Assembly: GCA_964016885.1 (NCBI GenBank)
Contig: OZ024749.1
Coordinates: 26,164,001-26,228,000, forward strand
Length of the DNA stretch: 64,000 bases
Reading direction: 5' to 3'
Source: Eledone cirrhosa
Lineage: Eukaryota
Position 1 is the stretch's first letter, and each line of letters starts with the position of its first letter. The translations under genes were made by a program, and so were the position numbers. Of this stretch, positions 31,498-44,337 are shown piece by piece. Under the pieces are notes generated by a model. It did no database searches and was not told where the DNA came from. It saw only the letters and a program-made list of their open reading frames with translations.

Positions 31498-31799
31498 GAA
31501 AAATAAGAGAAAAAGAATACTAGAGAGAGAGGGGGGATAAGAGAGAAAGAAAGAATAAGAAAGAAAGAGATAATAAGAGAAAGAGGATAAGAGAGATAGA
31601 AAGAATAATAGAGAGAAAGAATAAGAGAGCGGGAGTGAGGGTAAGAGAGATAGAAAGAATAATAGAGAGAGAGAACAGAAGAGAAAAATACGTGAGGAAG
31701 AGAGAGCGGATATAAGAGAAAGAAAAAATAAGGGAGAAGGAGAATAAGAAAGAGAGAAGATAAGAGAGAGAAGATAAAAAGAGAGAGAGGGGGGAGAGA

Positions 31800-31939
31800 G
31801 AGGACAAAAAAGAAAGTATACTAGAGAGAGAATAATAGAGGGTGAAGATAAGAGAGAGAGAGAAAGAGAGAGATAGAGAGAGAGAGAGAGGGGGGACAAG
31901 AGAGAAAGTATACTAGAGAGAGAATAATAGAGGGTGAAG

Positions 31940-31981
<42 letters not shown>

Positions 31982-32037
31982 ACAAGAGAGAAAGTATACT
32001 AGAGAGAGAATAATAGAGGGTGAAGATAAGAGAGAGA

Positions 32038-32097
<60 letters not shown>

Positions 32098-32222
32098 AAG
32101 AAAGAAAGTATTCTAGAGAGAGAATAATAGAGGGTGAAGATAAGAGAGAGAGAGAAAGAGAGAGAGAGAGGGGGGACAAGAGAGAAAGTATACTAGAGAG
32201 AGAATAATAGAGAGAGAAGATA

Positions 32223-32270
<48 letters not shown>

Positions 32271-32295
32271 GGGGGGACAAGAGAGAGACTACTAG
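31800..32295. repeat. Purine-rich compound minisatellite
   Basis: AAAGTATACTAGAGAGAGAATAATAGAGGGTGAAGATAAG(AG)n GGGGGGACAAG repeated about five times. Confidence 0.8.
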
Positions 32296-32740
32296 AGAGT
32301 ACTAAAGAGAAAGAAAAAGAGAAGGTACTCCTTACTAAAACATTTTATTTTTGATGATTGTCATATATGTTTTTTTTTTATCTTATTCTATTTTATTATC
32401 TTATTTTATCATTTTTACGTTTATTTTTCATCTATTTTTTTCATTCTCCTTCATGTTGAGAGAGGAGGATTTTCATCTTTTTTACTTTAGGTATTTTTGC
32501 TTTCATCTCGCATTTCTCATTCACTTCGTTCATTTTTGTGTTCTTTTCTTCTGCTACACACATACTCAATATCTCATTCGCCTTCTACCTCACTCACCTC
32601 TCACTAGCTCCTTCCTTTCTTCCTCATCTACCTCCATCACTCACTCACACCTTCTCCTCTTCCTTGTCACACACCATCACTCTCTTACAAGTCTTCTTCT
32701 TTCTCCTTTCCCACAACACATTATTTTCTTCTTCTTCTTC

Positions 32741-32821
<81 letters not shown>

Positions 32822-32828
<7 letters not shown>

Positions 32829-32866
32829 CCCCAAGGGCACACATACATGTTAAGCGTATGAAATTA

Positions 32867-32929
<63 letters not shown>

Positions 32930-33173
32930 TTTCATACGCTTAACATGTCTGTAAAAGGTAAACAGAAATAACAACACAATCGGTACAGTATATGGAAGGG
33001 ATATATTAGGTTAACGCTTGATATAGCTTGATATAACGTTTCGGACGCTAGTCCTTCATCAGAAGAAAGAATGAGAAATAAGATAGATTGAGGGGACAGG
33101 CGGGTTGGAATTGGAAAAAATGTCTTTAGATAAAAATAATAGATCCATATATATATGCACACACACACACACA

Positions 33174-33220
<47 letters not shown>

Positions 33221-33289
33221 TCGTTTGCAATTATGCAAACTGCCTCTCTAAAGCCATGTCAGCAAAATGATCACGTCATTCTTGCTCTT
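32822..33289 (+). repeat. Direct repeat copy 1 flanking E4 (copy 2 at 37562-37991)
   Basis: Same sequence except for microsatellite segments and a few substitutions. Confidence 0.9.
33030..33068 (-). ncRNA. Minimal hammerhead ribozyme (duplicate at 37738-37776)
   Basis: Reverse complement CTGATGAAGGACTAGCGTCCGAAACGTT; same family as 14838-14878. Confidence 0.68.
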
Positions 33290-33522
33290 ATTATTATTGC
33301 CGCACATGTGTGAAGACAGTACAAATCTGCGGGGGAAAAGGTTCGTAACTTTAAGCTGTTTTAAAGTGTCATTTTTTGTATTTTCTTGTCGTTAACGAAA
33401 CTTAAGGTACACATATTGATTTAAAGAGAGGGATACCTCTCAATATTCGGGCTTTAAGCCCGAATATTCAGATTTATTTTTAAAAACTTCGAAAAAAATC
33501 ACTTCCCCACCAAAAAATAAAT

Positions 33523-35507
33523 TATGGAAATTTTCGACCTTGAAACGGTAAACAGTGTTCAGGTCAAAAGTTTAAAGGCAGCCACTGTAGATTTCACCAC
33601 GACTACGACGGCTACAGTCATGCCTGTCATCAAACTCTACTGAATGTGAAGGCAAAACTAAAAAGCTACCATCACAACCTTCTGTGATAGCAGCAGTATC
33701 ATCTGAAAACGACATCACCACCACCGCCACCACCACCACAACAACAACAACTCAGAGCAATAACGACAATAACACCGACAGCTTCAATGTAAACACGGAT
33801 GGCGGTGGCAACAGAATCAACAAATAAAACAACTACAACACCAATAACAACAGCAAGAATGACAACACCAACAATAAGAGCATCAGAAACACCACATTTG
33901 CTGCAGCAGCAGCAAAAACAAAGCGCTTATTGAATATTGATATTGATATTAGCAATAAAGACGAACAGTTGGCCCAAGCGTGGAGGCTAATTAAACGGGA
34001 GAAGTCCTGGGCAAACCTGACCATCCCGGACGAGGCAATAGTGGCCATGCAAAGGAGGACGGTGTTCTTTCGGTGCATTTCGGTGCAGACACGAAAAGTG
34101 GAACTTGCCAGCCAAGCAGAGGTCGCGGCTGCTTTGGAGTGCATCGGAAGTAACATAGAGTACAAAGCAAGAGGCAAACAGTTCGGTACCATCTCGGTAC
34201 TGTTCAAAACCGAGGCCCTCGCTATTAACCACTCGGTGACCCCCTGCAGAACGGAACGCATTATCATGCATCCGTCCTACATGGGTAAAAGGACAGTAAT
34301 GGTCCGCATTCCCAGCACCCCGCCAGGAATAAACATATGGTGGCTGCTGGGATGCGTAATCGAGGAGGGGACAGACACTACCCTCCTGGATATCAAAAGG
34401 ACAGAGAGAGAGGACTGGTCCGGAATGGATTTGTAGATTCTTCTCCAAATGAAACCGGAGGACATGAACAACATCCCGGATTTTGCCCGCCTGCAGGACG
34501 GGACAACAATCCAACTAATCATTGACGGAAGAAGGCCACGCTGCTTCGTCTGCGGGGAAGCAACGCATCTGCAAGCCTTCTGCCCTCAGCGCAAAAATGC
34601 AGGGGGTCGCAAACCTCCTTTGTTGCCAACGCCAGTGTCAGCACGGAAAGCTGCACCACCACCACCACCAAAAACAACACCAACAAAAACACGGACACCA
34701 ACATCAAAAACAGCCGGATCACCACCAGCACCAAAACCAATCCAAGGAGAAAACGAGGAAAGCTCTCCCACTCCACCCCACCCCCACCCCCAATTATACA
34801 CATAGACAAAACAATAAACGCACACACAGACACAGAGACACTCACAGCCACAGACCCTTTGTCTTCCAGCCGCGAAGATGAAGGAAAACCCAAAAGTGCA
34901 AAAAAACAGAGAAAACTCACAAATAAAAAAAGCTCCAACAAAACACAAAAACATACACAACAAAAAATACAGACACCACTAACGCAAACACTTCCCCAAT
35001 AACATCATCACCAACAGCAACATCGACACCACCTCCACAATCCCCGAAACGCAAACAACCTAAACAAACACAAGTACAAATAAACACACAAATACCTGAA
35101 ATTGCACACCTACAACAAACACAGACATACCCGAAACAACACCACCAAAACCATCACCACCACAGTCACCAAAACGAAAACAAATCAAACCACACCAACA
35201 AAATGTTAAAAACTTCGTGCTTGTCAGAAGGGCCAACGATAAACTGATGGCCCTCTTAGCACGAAGCGAGAACATTCAAACAAAGGGGGAGATTTTTGAA
35301 ATGAGCACATTTTGCGTGCCAGAAGATTTGCTTCTGGTCCGAATGTCACTCAATTCCTTCAAAGAAATTCGAGAGAGCTTTCCTCAAGACGTGGGAACCC
35401 CGAATGTGAAACCCACATCAAGACTTTTAAAGGGGTTCCCAAAAGAAACCCCACCAACCATGGAGGTCGAACCACCCGACCTTCACAAGACCCCGGGAGG
35501 TAAGTAA
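33523..35507 (+). pseudogene. E4 ORF1 remnant (zinc-knuckle gag-like protein)
   Basis: PSYMGKRT and IDGRRPRCFVCGEATHLQAFC align with E1 ORF1 (PSYMGRRT, VEGRRPACYLC); internal stop at 34434 and frameshifts; start position approximate. Confidence 0.82.
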
Positions 35508-35536
35508 ACCTTCCCGCTCTCTCTTAGCTTACCAAT

Positions 35537-37213
35537 ATGGCCATATTAACAGTAGGAAGTTTAAATGTTCGCGGCCTGGGGTCACCCTGGAAGCAGGGTC
35601 GCTTGCTCAACGACCTCAGGTCGCTGGAAATTGATGTGATTGCCGTCAGCGAGACCAGAATTTCCGACACGCGCGCACTAGCCTCCATTTTCGACGACTA
35701 TCAGATCTTGGCATCTGTTAGCAGACCGGGAATGGGGTGGGGTGGCAGTGCTGTTTAGGAAAGGACTGGATCCCGAGGTAAGGTCGATCTTCCGGGACCC
35801 GGACGGTAAGTTGGTGGTCTTGGATGTGAGCAGTAGCGAAGGTGGTGCCTTTAGACTGCTGGCCGTCTACGCCCCTACAGGGGCCGGACGACCGGACTTC
35901 TTTAGGCGCCTGGAGACCTTTCTGAGTACATCTCGTCCTTTACTGTTAGCGGGGGACTGGAATGGCATCTTAGACGCACGCTTGGATTGTGTGGGACTAG
36001 CCGATAGCAGAGGGGGGTGCAAAGCCTCAAGCACCTACTCAGCCAGTTCCAACTGTCTGACAGGTATCGACTAGATTTCCCCAATGTACCAGTATGGACA
36101 TGGACCAACCGAATGGGGTCATCTAGATCGTATATAGATAGGATCTTCATTAAGAAAATAGATAGAAATAGTGTGGGCTGCCCACTTTTTAAAACGGTCG
36201 CCTATTCAGATCACAAATTTGTACGGTCGACCTAGATAAAACGCGTAGGTTAGGACCGGGTTACTGGAAGCTGAACATGTCATTTCCGGCACGTAAGGCT
36301 TACAGGGACCGAGTTAACAATTTAGTTAAGCAAAAGTTGACAGGGGGGATCATCAACAACAGATGGTGGGGAGCTCTCAAAAGAGAGATTAGAGTAACTT
36401 CGATAGAGTTCAGCAAAGAACTAGCGTTAGAGAAAAATAGAAAGGAGGGGGAGCTGATAGATAAGTTAGACGAGGCTATTTGTAGTGGCATTGCAACTGA
36501 CGTGCTAGCGGCGAGAATGGCATTAGACCATTTCTTCAATGCCAAAAACGAAGGTTGCATTGTCAGAGCTAAGGCGCGTGCGCTGAGAAAAGAGGGAACC
36601 AAAGCTGTTCGATGGGCCCGCGTGGCGAAGGCGCAGGTCGGTAATAAAACCACAATTCGGTCTTTGGCGGACCGAGACGGACACGAGATTCCAAGAAGAT
36701 GTGTGAGGCCTTTCGCCAGCACTTTGCTCGGTTGTTCGGGGGGAGTGGCGAGTCAGAGAGAGTAGCGGATTTCAGTCCCTACCTTGACGGCTTGCCGCGC
36801 ATCTCGACGGTTGACGCTGAGCGCTGCGAAAGGCCGATTGCTTCAGCCGAAATTCAGGACGCCCTTGTCGGCTGCATAAGGCACAAGTCACGGTTTGGAT
36901 GGCCTGCCCTACGAGCTTTACGTAAATATGCCAGACTTGTTCTCCGAACTCCTCGAAGCACTTTACTGCAACTGGCAGCAGAATGGAGTATTCCCAGTTC
37001 TGTGAGCAGGGGAGTGGTGACGCTGATAAGGAAAGACGAGAACAAGAGGGATACATTAGACAACTTCAGGCCCATAACTCTGTTAAGTTTCACCTGGAAA
37101 GAAAGGTGAGGGTGGAGAGAGAAGTGCTGCCCCCCAGTACATTTGCTAAAAGGTGGGTGAATGTGGTGAGAATGGCTCGTGTGAATGGGCCTACTCTGAC
37201 CATGCGCCTATAG
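35537..37213 (+). pseudogene. E4 ORF2 remnant: endonuclease and tether, fused to the extreme C-terminus
   Basis: MAILTVGSLNVRGL, GDWN, YIDR, SDH; several frameshifts; NFRPITLL joined at ~37086 to FHLERKVRVERE...RMARVNGP. Confidence 0.88.
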
Positions 37214-37561
37214 GCTAGCTAACTTGAGGAGAGGGGTGCTTTCCCTGGGTGCCCTAGAAGTGCAGGGTGGTTCAGGATTGGTGGGGTACCCGAGTCACCA
37301 CAAGGTCGTCCACCCCTTATCGGGGAATTTATTTTGTTATATTTATGCATAGTTTATTTTATATTTTTATATTTTCATTTTTAAATTAGTCTTGCCATTG
37401 TGCACTTTTACTCGACCTTATTGTAAACCCCACTGTCTCTGTCTTTGTATTGTCCCCAACATGTCGGCCCTTGTGGCTAATAAATGAAATCAATATTATT
37501 ATTATTATGCACTGGGTAATTGCTGGCCTTGTGCCTAACGTAGAAACAATTATTATTATTA

Positions 37562-37860
37562 TTATTATCCCCAAGGGCACACATACATGTTAAGCGTATG
37601 AAATTAATATATATATATACATATATATATATATTAATTTCATACACTTAACATGTCTGTAAAAGGTAAACAGAAATAACAACACAATCGGTACAGTATA
37701 TGGAAGGGATATATTAGGTTAACGCTTGATATAGCTTGATATAACGTTTCGGACGCTAGTCCTTCATCAGAAGAAAGAATGAGAAATAAGATAGATTGAG
37801 GGGACAGGCGGGTTGGAATTGGAAAAAATGTCTTTAGATAAAAATAATAGATCCATATAT

Positions 37861-37910
<50 letters not shown>

Positions 37911-37991
37911 TGTAAATTCGATTCTTTTGCAATTATGCAAACTGCCTCTCTAAAGCCATGTCAGCAAAATGACCACGTCATTCTTGCTCTT
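37562..37991 (+). repeat. Direct repeat copy 2 flanking E4
   Basis: Matches 32822-33289. Confidence 0.9.
37738..37776 (-). ncRNA. Minimal hammerhead ribozyme (duplicate of 33030-33068)
   Basis: Identical core within the duplicated block. Confidence 0.68.
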
Positions 37992-38079
37992 GTGTTGGCA
38001 TGCCAACACAAGACTGATAAAGTCATTCTGCTGACTTGACTTTAGAGACGCTGTTTGCATAATTGCAAACGAATCGAAT
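37916..38079. mobile_element. Palindromic MITE-like hairpin element (left half also at 33219-33289)
   Basis: ATTCGATTC..TTTGCAATTATGCAAAC...TTGGCA|TGCCAA...GTTTGCATAATTGCAAACGAATCGAAT. Confidence 0.65.
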
Positions 38080-38092
38080 ATTATTATTAATT

Positions 38093-38356
38093 CGATAGAG
38101 GGTCGGACGCCATGCTTTGAAGCACAGTTACGTCCCTTTACGGACTGAGTTCAAATCCCGCCGAGTTTAACTTTGCCTTTCATCCTTACGGAGTCGATAA
38201 AATATAGTACCAGTAATACACTGGGATAATTGCTGGCCTAGTGTCAAAAGTAGAAACAATTATTAATATTCGAAACACTCAGATTACATTTATTGTATTT
38301 AGCCATGGAGAGCGATAAACTATTTGTTTCTTATATATATATATATATATACACAC

Positions 38357-38424
<68 letters not shown>

Positions 38425-39046
38425 GGTGTTGGATGCTTAAAGCGTCCGTTTGAGGTAGGCCGTTTGAGCACTCGATGCTCTCATAGAGCAGAGTATGATA
38501 TCACAGAAAAAAGATACGTTTTAAGTATAACTTGGTTCTTTTACATATATATATATATATATATACATAAAAATAAAATATAGAGTTATTAACTCATATT
38601 GATACCCTGCAATTAACAAGCTCAAAGTATAAATACTGAGCATTATATAATGATATGTGTAGAAATAAACACATTAAATTCTGCGTCTAAAATTACGAGG
38701 GTAGATTTTACCACAAATGTTTTATATATTTAAACTGAATCATACAGTAAGATACAAGATTTCCTATACATACCGTATCAATAACGATTTCATCTCTCGG
38801 ACAGACTAAAGATTTAATCTGTTTCGCCCTGAAAATTGTGTTTGTAACAGATAATCCTTAGGTATTTCATCAGCGAGAGATAAGATTAAATGAAACAAAA
38901 CACATCTAACAAGAAACTCACGGAAGTAAATAGTGTACCTCGTGGGGTGAAAGCTATACGTGGTGTGAGTGGTTATGCTAGAAATAATAGCCTAATTACA
39001 CTCATCTTATAAGCTCACCAGATAGGGAGCCGTATATATATATATA

Positions 39047-39103
<57 letters not shown>

Positions 39104-39410
39104 ACCAAGTTATACTTAAAACATATCTTTATTCTACTTATGTTTCAATATCAAGCGGTGGTCCACCACGATATATACGAGGTATTTTTCACCGATCTAC
39201 ATAGCCTCATCAGTCTAGATGCGGTGGATTGGCAGTATCGTTAGAGGGTCGGACGCCATAGTTTTCAGCATGGAGTTACGGTCCTTTACGATCTGAGTTC
39301 AAATCCCGCCGAAATTAACGTTGCCGTTCATCCTTACGGGGTCAATAAAATAAAGTACCAGTAATGCACTGGATGATTGCTGGTCTTGTGCCAAAAGTAG
39401 AAACAATTAT
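38093..39410 (+). mobile_element. Two separate SINE-A copies (38093-38263, 39221-39410)
   Basis: Direct similarity to the family consensus. Confidence 0.85.
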
Positions 39411-39530
39411 TGGCAGTGTCAACTGTATTACATGCATGAGATAACTCCATGCAACGAATAAGGTTCATACCATACCAATTAAGAATACATAGCTTATGTA
39501 TGTATATATATATATATATGTGTGTGTATT

Positions 39531-39575
<45 letters not shown>

Positions 39576-39651
39576 GAAAGGTATAGAAAATATTGTAGCA
39601 AAAAGCCAACAGTATTCCATAATATATAAGTGACTATAGCGTCAAAATGGG

Positions 39652-39725
<74 letters not shown>

Positions 39726-39895
39726 CTGAGTATGTGTTGGTTGTTTCCCGATACTTCAATATGCAGGTTAGAGCACTCCATCACATTTAATTCCTTAGAG
39801 TACTAACTCCACACTCAGGATCTGAAAATATCAACCAATTTATAAGGTAAAATCTATTACAACACTATGTTTTCCTGTTTTTTCTGTTCAAGCTC

Positions 39896-39960
39896 TAACT
39901 GCCTGATGAGGTCATAGCTGTTGACTAATGGCTTTCACCGAAATATATATATAGCAGCGA
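39896..39960 (+). ncRNA. Hammerhead ribozyme motif
   Basis: CTGC-CTGATGA-GGTCATAGC...GCTTTCACC-GAAATATATATATA-GCAG; stem I CTGC/GCAG intact. Confidence 0.68.
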
Positions 39961-40030
39961 ATATGAATAAACGAAGTTAATTTTATCCTGTTGACTTACA
40001 TTTCTTGTTTATATATATATATATATATAT

Positions 40031-40058
<28 letters not shown>

Positions 40059-40064
<6 letters not shown>

Positions 40065-40157
40065 GAGATTCTACAGGACTAGAACTGTTTCATTCTTGAA
40101 AAATCATCATGATTTCTGAAGAATGAAACAATTCTAGTTCTGTAGAATCTCATCTAT
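40059..40157. repeat. ~100-bp palindrome, probable PLE remnant
   Basis: ATAGATGAGATTCTACAG...CTGTAGAATCTCATCTAT; followed by a GTATTGAGTAC motif also seen after the 8973 palindrome. Confidence 0.65.
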
Positions 40158-40237
40158 ATTAAAACTTTTATACTCTGCTATGTATTGAGTACCTTACTTA
40201 CTGTGGTTAACCTCCGATTCAAACCGGAATTACTTAC

Positions 40238-40267
<30 letters not shown>

Positions 40268-40268
<1 letters not shown>

Positions 40269-40986
40269 AATTGCTGAGCAAGCGGTTATCAAACAATTCT
40301 CTAAATAAATTAAAAAACGATTTAAATAATCACCGACGGTTTCATCATTCCAAAGGATTGGAAATCCAGAGAATTTCCAATGGAAAGAAATGAATCTTCA
40401 GACAGCTTATTTCCATACTATAAGGTTGCCAGCCCTATAGTAAGTAAATATTTCGCTTCCTGCCCAACGCATGCGGTCAAGCCGTTAAAAAGACACACAT
40501 GCAAAATCAGGTCGCAGATAATAGCTGTTTATTATAAACATATTGCCACTAAAATTAGCAGCATTATTCAACGTTTTGTTCTCTACATAAGGAGAAAAAT
40601 TATAAAAGTGGATGAATACTTCAACAGGTACTATGTACTTGTAGAAATATGCAGGTGTTTATAATATTTGTGGTTCAATGGTACTAATTCGAGATACCAG
40701 AACAATATAAAAATAGCTGAGCAAGCGGTTATCAAACAATTCTCTAAATAAATTAAAAAACGATTTAAATAACCAATCTTTTGGAATGATGAAACCGTCG
40801 GTAACAGCAATAGAACAGATGATTATTTAAATCGTTTTTTAATTTATTTAGAGAATTGTTTGATAACCGCTTGCTCAGCTATTTTTATATTGTTCTGGTA
40901 TCTCGAATTAGTACCATTGAACCACAAATATTATAAATACCTGCATATTTCTACAAGTACATAGTGCCTGTTGAAGTATTCATCCA

Positions 40987-40994
<8 letters not shown>
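40268..40994. mobile_element. PLE-derived direct + inverted repeat complex with hammerhead-like motif
   Basis: 40272-40331 is repeated at ~40716-40772; 40602-40772 is inverted at 40822-40994; minus-strand CTGAAGA...GAAACCGTCGG at 40332-40405. Confidence 0.7.
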
Positions 40995-41034
<40 letters not shown>

Positions 41035-41084
41035 CATACATACATACATACATACATACATACATACATACATACATACATACA

Positions 41085-41570
41085 TGGTGGCTGCCAACTC
41101 GTTTTCGAGTACGGCCACTACTTTATATCCATGTAGGAGAACCCCTACTGATGCGCTGAACGAGTGTGACTTTTTAGTCCAGCCAGCGACTTGAAAACTC
41201 TGGTACAAACACTACACTTGTGACAATTATTGACACATAGTGCTGGGCCCATGGTACCATGTGACGACAAGTGCAGAGAGATCTCCAGATATAAAGCAAT
41301 GCCTGTGCCGTTAAGCTTTTATAGTGAGCAAAGGTACTGCACAAAGCCAGTCCCACTCTCTTAACCAAGATGATATTTACCAAAAAGAAAAACAAGTCAA
41401 CATCATTGGATACCATCAGAGTTGCAGGTGTTATATCAGAGTTTTCCTTCTCCTAGAATTGTGCTAAGGGGTCATCTCTCCCGGAGAATTCTGCTTTGAC
41501 AAAGGCTAAGGGGTCATCTCTCCCGGGGAATTCTGCCTTGACAAAGGCTAAGGAGTCATCTCTCCCGGAC
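41085..41570 (-). mobile_element. Bipartite non-autonomous RTE-like element in (CATA)n
   Basis: 5' motif CTAGGAGAAGGAAAACTCTG; 3' part encodes HKCSVCTRVFKSLAGLKSHTRSAH; tail GCAGCCACC(ATGT)n. Confidence 0.68.
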
Positions 41571-41607
41571 ATACATACATACATACATACATACATACAT
41601 ACATACA

Positions 41608-41640
<33 letters not shown>

Positions 41641-41844
41641 TGAATTAGAACACTTCGCCATAACTTTGACTAAATAAGATAGTCTGATAATTACTGGACG
41701 TATAAACCCACTGAACAGACAGAAAAAAAAATGAACATCAGCACACATGGAAGTCGATCATACACCTCTTGTCTGCCGGACAAGTACGCTACATTACGCC
41801 AATGAATCCACCATTCTCCTTCCATTAGATTTATGAGCTATAAC

Positions 41845-42014
41845 AATTGTTTCTTCTTTTGGCACAAGACCAGCAATTATCCCAGTGCATTACTGGTACT
41901 TTATTTAATCGACCCCCGTAAGGATGAAAGGAAAAGTTAACCTCGGCGGGATTTGAACTCAGAATGGCAAGGGCAGTAACTCTATGCTTGGCGTCCGAAC
42001 CTCTACCGATTGGC
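41845..42014 (-). mobile_element. SINE-A copy
   Basis: Direct similarity to the family consensus. Confidence 0.88.
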
Positions 42015-42408
42015 AATAGTTAAATAAAAACGTAAACTTTAGAAAGCGGGGAGCAGACGCTCTCTCGTCCTCTATCTTTCCCTCTTACTCTCTCTTTCTC
42101 TACTCCAATTCTCCCTCTGTATCTCATCTTTCTCTTTCTTTCATCACTCTCACTCTCTATCTATCTATCTATCAATCTTTCTTCCCCCCTCTCTCTCTCT
42201 TTCTCTTTCTCTTTCTCTTTCTCTTTCTCTCTCTCCATCTCTTTCACTCTCTCTCTCTCATTCTGTCTCTCTCTCTCCCTCTCTCTCTCTCTCCCTCTCT
42301 CTCTCTCTCAGTCTCCATCTCTCTCCCTCTCTCTCTCACTATCTCTCTCATCCTCCATTTCTCTCACTCCCTTTCTCTCTTTCCATCTCTTTCACTCTCT
42401 CTCTCCCC

Positions 42409-42439
<31 letters not shown>

Positions 42440-44337
42440 TCTCTCTCTCTCTCTCTCATCCTCCAGGTCGCTCTCACTATCCCTCCCTCACTCTCCATCT
42501 CTCTCTCCCTCTCTCATCCTCCATCTCTCTCTCTCTCATCCTCCAGGTCGCTCTCACTATCTCTCACACCCTCTATCTCTTTCACTCCCTCTCTCTCTCT
42601 CTCATTCTCCATCTTTCTCTCTCTCAGCCACCACTGCCTAAGGGGTCAAATCTCGCCACACCACATCACACATATTGACGTTATCGTAGAGACATCAACT
42701 GAAGCCACGTCACAGACGAGATGTCATTACAATTTCACAACCTACCATCTCACGCTCTCTTCATTGTTCCATCAAATATTTATCTAAATTGTCCTGTAAT
42801 ATACTGAACAATGCCAACAGCCCCACCACGGCCAACACCACCACCACAGCCACCAACACCACCACAGCCACCACCATCACCAACACTACCACCAACATCA
42901 TCACCAACACCATCACAGCCACCACCACAGCCAACACCACCAACACCATCACCAACACAACCATCACCATCATCAACACCACCACAGCCACCACCATCAC
43001 CAACACCACCGCCACCAACACCACCACTGCCACCACCATCATCACCACCACCGCCACCAACACCACCACAACCACCAACATGACCAACATCACCACCACC
43101 ACCATCACCATCACCAACGCCACCATCACCAACACCACAGCCACCACCACAGCCACCACCATCATCAACACCATCACAGCCACCACCACCACCAACACCA
43201 CAGCCACCACCACCACCAACACCACTTAGCCATCACCAACACCACCACCACCATCATCAACACCACCACAACCATCACCAACACCACCATCACCAACACC
43301 ACCACGGCCACCACCATCACCAACACCACCATCACCAACACCACCACAACCACCACCATCACCAACATCACCACCACCACCACCACCATCACCATCACCA
43401 ACACCACCATCACCAACACCACAGCCACCACCACAGCCACCACCATCATCAACACCATCACAGCCACCACCACCACCACCACAGCCACCACCATCATCAA
43501 CACCATCACAGCCACCACCACCACCAACACCACAGCCACCACCACCACCAACACCACAGCCATCACCACCACCAACACCACCAACACCACCAACACCACC
43601 AACACCCCCAACACCATCACCACCACCAAGACCACCACAATAAAACACCACTAACACCACGACCATTGGATGTGTGAGTGTATGTGTGTGAAAGAGTGTG
43701 TGTTTGTGTTTAAATGTGTATGTGTGGGTGTATGTGTGTGTGTATGTGTGTGTGTATGTGTGTATATATATGTGCGTGTGTGTGTATGTGTGTATCTGTC
43801 TGTATGTGTGTAAGTGTTTAAATGTGTAGGTGTACGTGTATGTGTGAATGTTTGTGTATGTGTGTATATATGTGTGCGTGTGTGTGTATGTGTGTGAGTG
43901 TGTGTGTATGTGTGTGAGTGTGTGTGTATGTGTGTGTATATATGTGCGTGTGTGTGTGTGATTTTCGCGTAATAAAATGTTTTTTGTGTATTTCCTTTTA
44001 CAAATATTAAGTCTTGGCTATTTTAGTTTTAGGTGTTCATAAGTTATCTCCCTTACACCTGCTTCTTTCTGCTGATTTTCTTTTATTTCGTTTTTAATTT
44101 TCTTAAAATCATCTCTTTCTCTTCGCTTTTTTCCTCTTCGTTTTCTTCGTGTGTTAATAATCAATTAACCTCTGGACAAATCGATTGGCGGAATTGGGAG
44201 AGCATTGATACTTAGCTGGGTGTACTGAGAATCGAGGTCCAAATCACATTGTTGCATCCTAGAACAGAAATCGATGTTATCGCTTATACGCTCTCGATTT
44301 AATTCTGTGCTTAATGTTTAAAATACCGATATTATTA

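Larger units (their letters stand above)
33299..37493 (+). mobile_element. Decayed Tx1-like element E4 (distinct family) with most of RT deleted
   Basis: ORF1 fragments 33523-35507, ORF2 fragments 35537-37213, 3' end GTGGCTAATAAATGAAAT then (ATT)n; (ATT)3 at the 5' junction. Confidence 0.9.

Noticed and set aside
41720-41810. tRNA gene (also SINE heads elsewhere)
   Set aside because: Only degenerate A/B boxes and no complete cloverleaf; SINE-derived.
42761-43666. Mucin-like Thr-rich ORF
   Set aside because: (ACC/AAC)n field open in multiple frames, with no splice or start context.
44170-44258. Candidate minus-strand exon (MQQCDLDLDSQY...)
   Set aside because: Weak donor and no recognisable homology.
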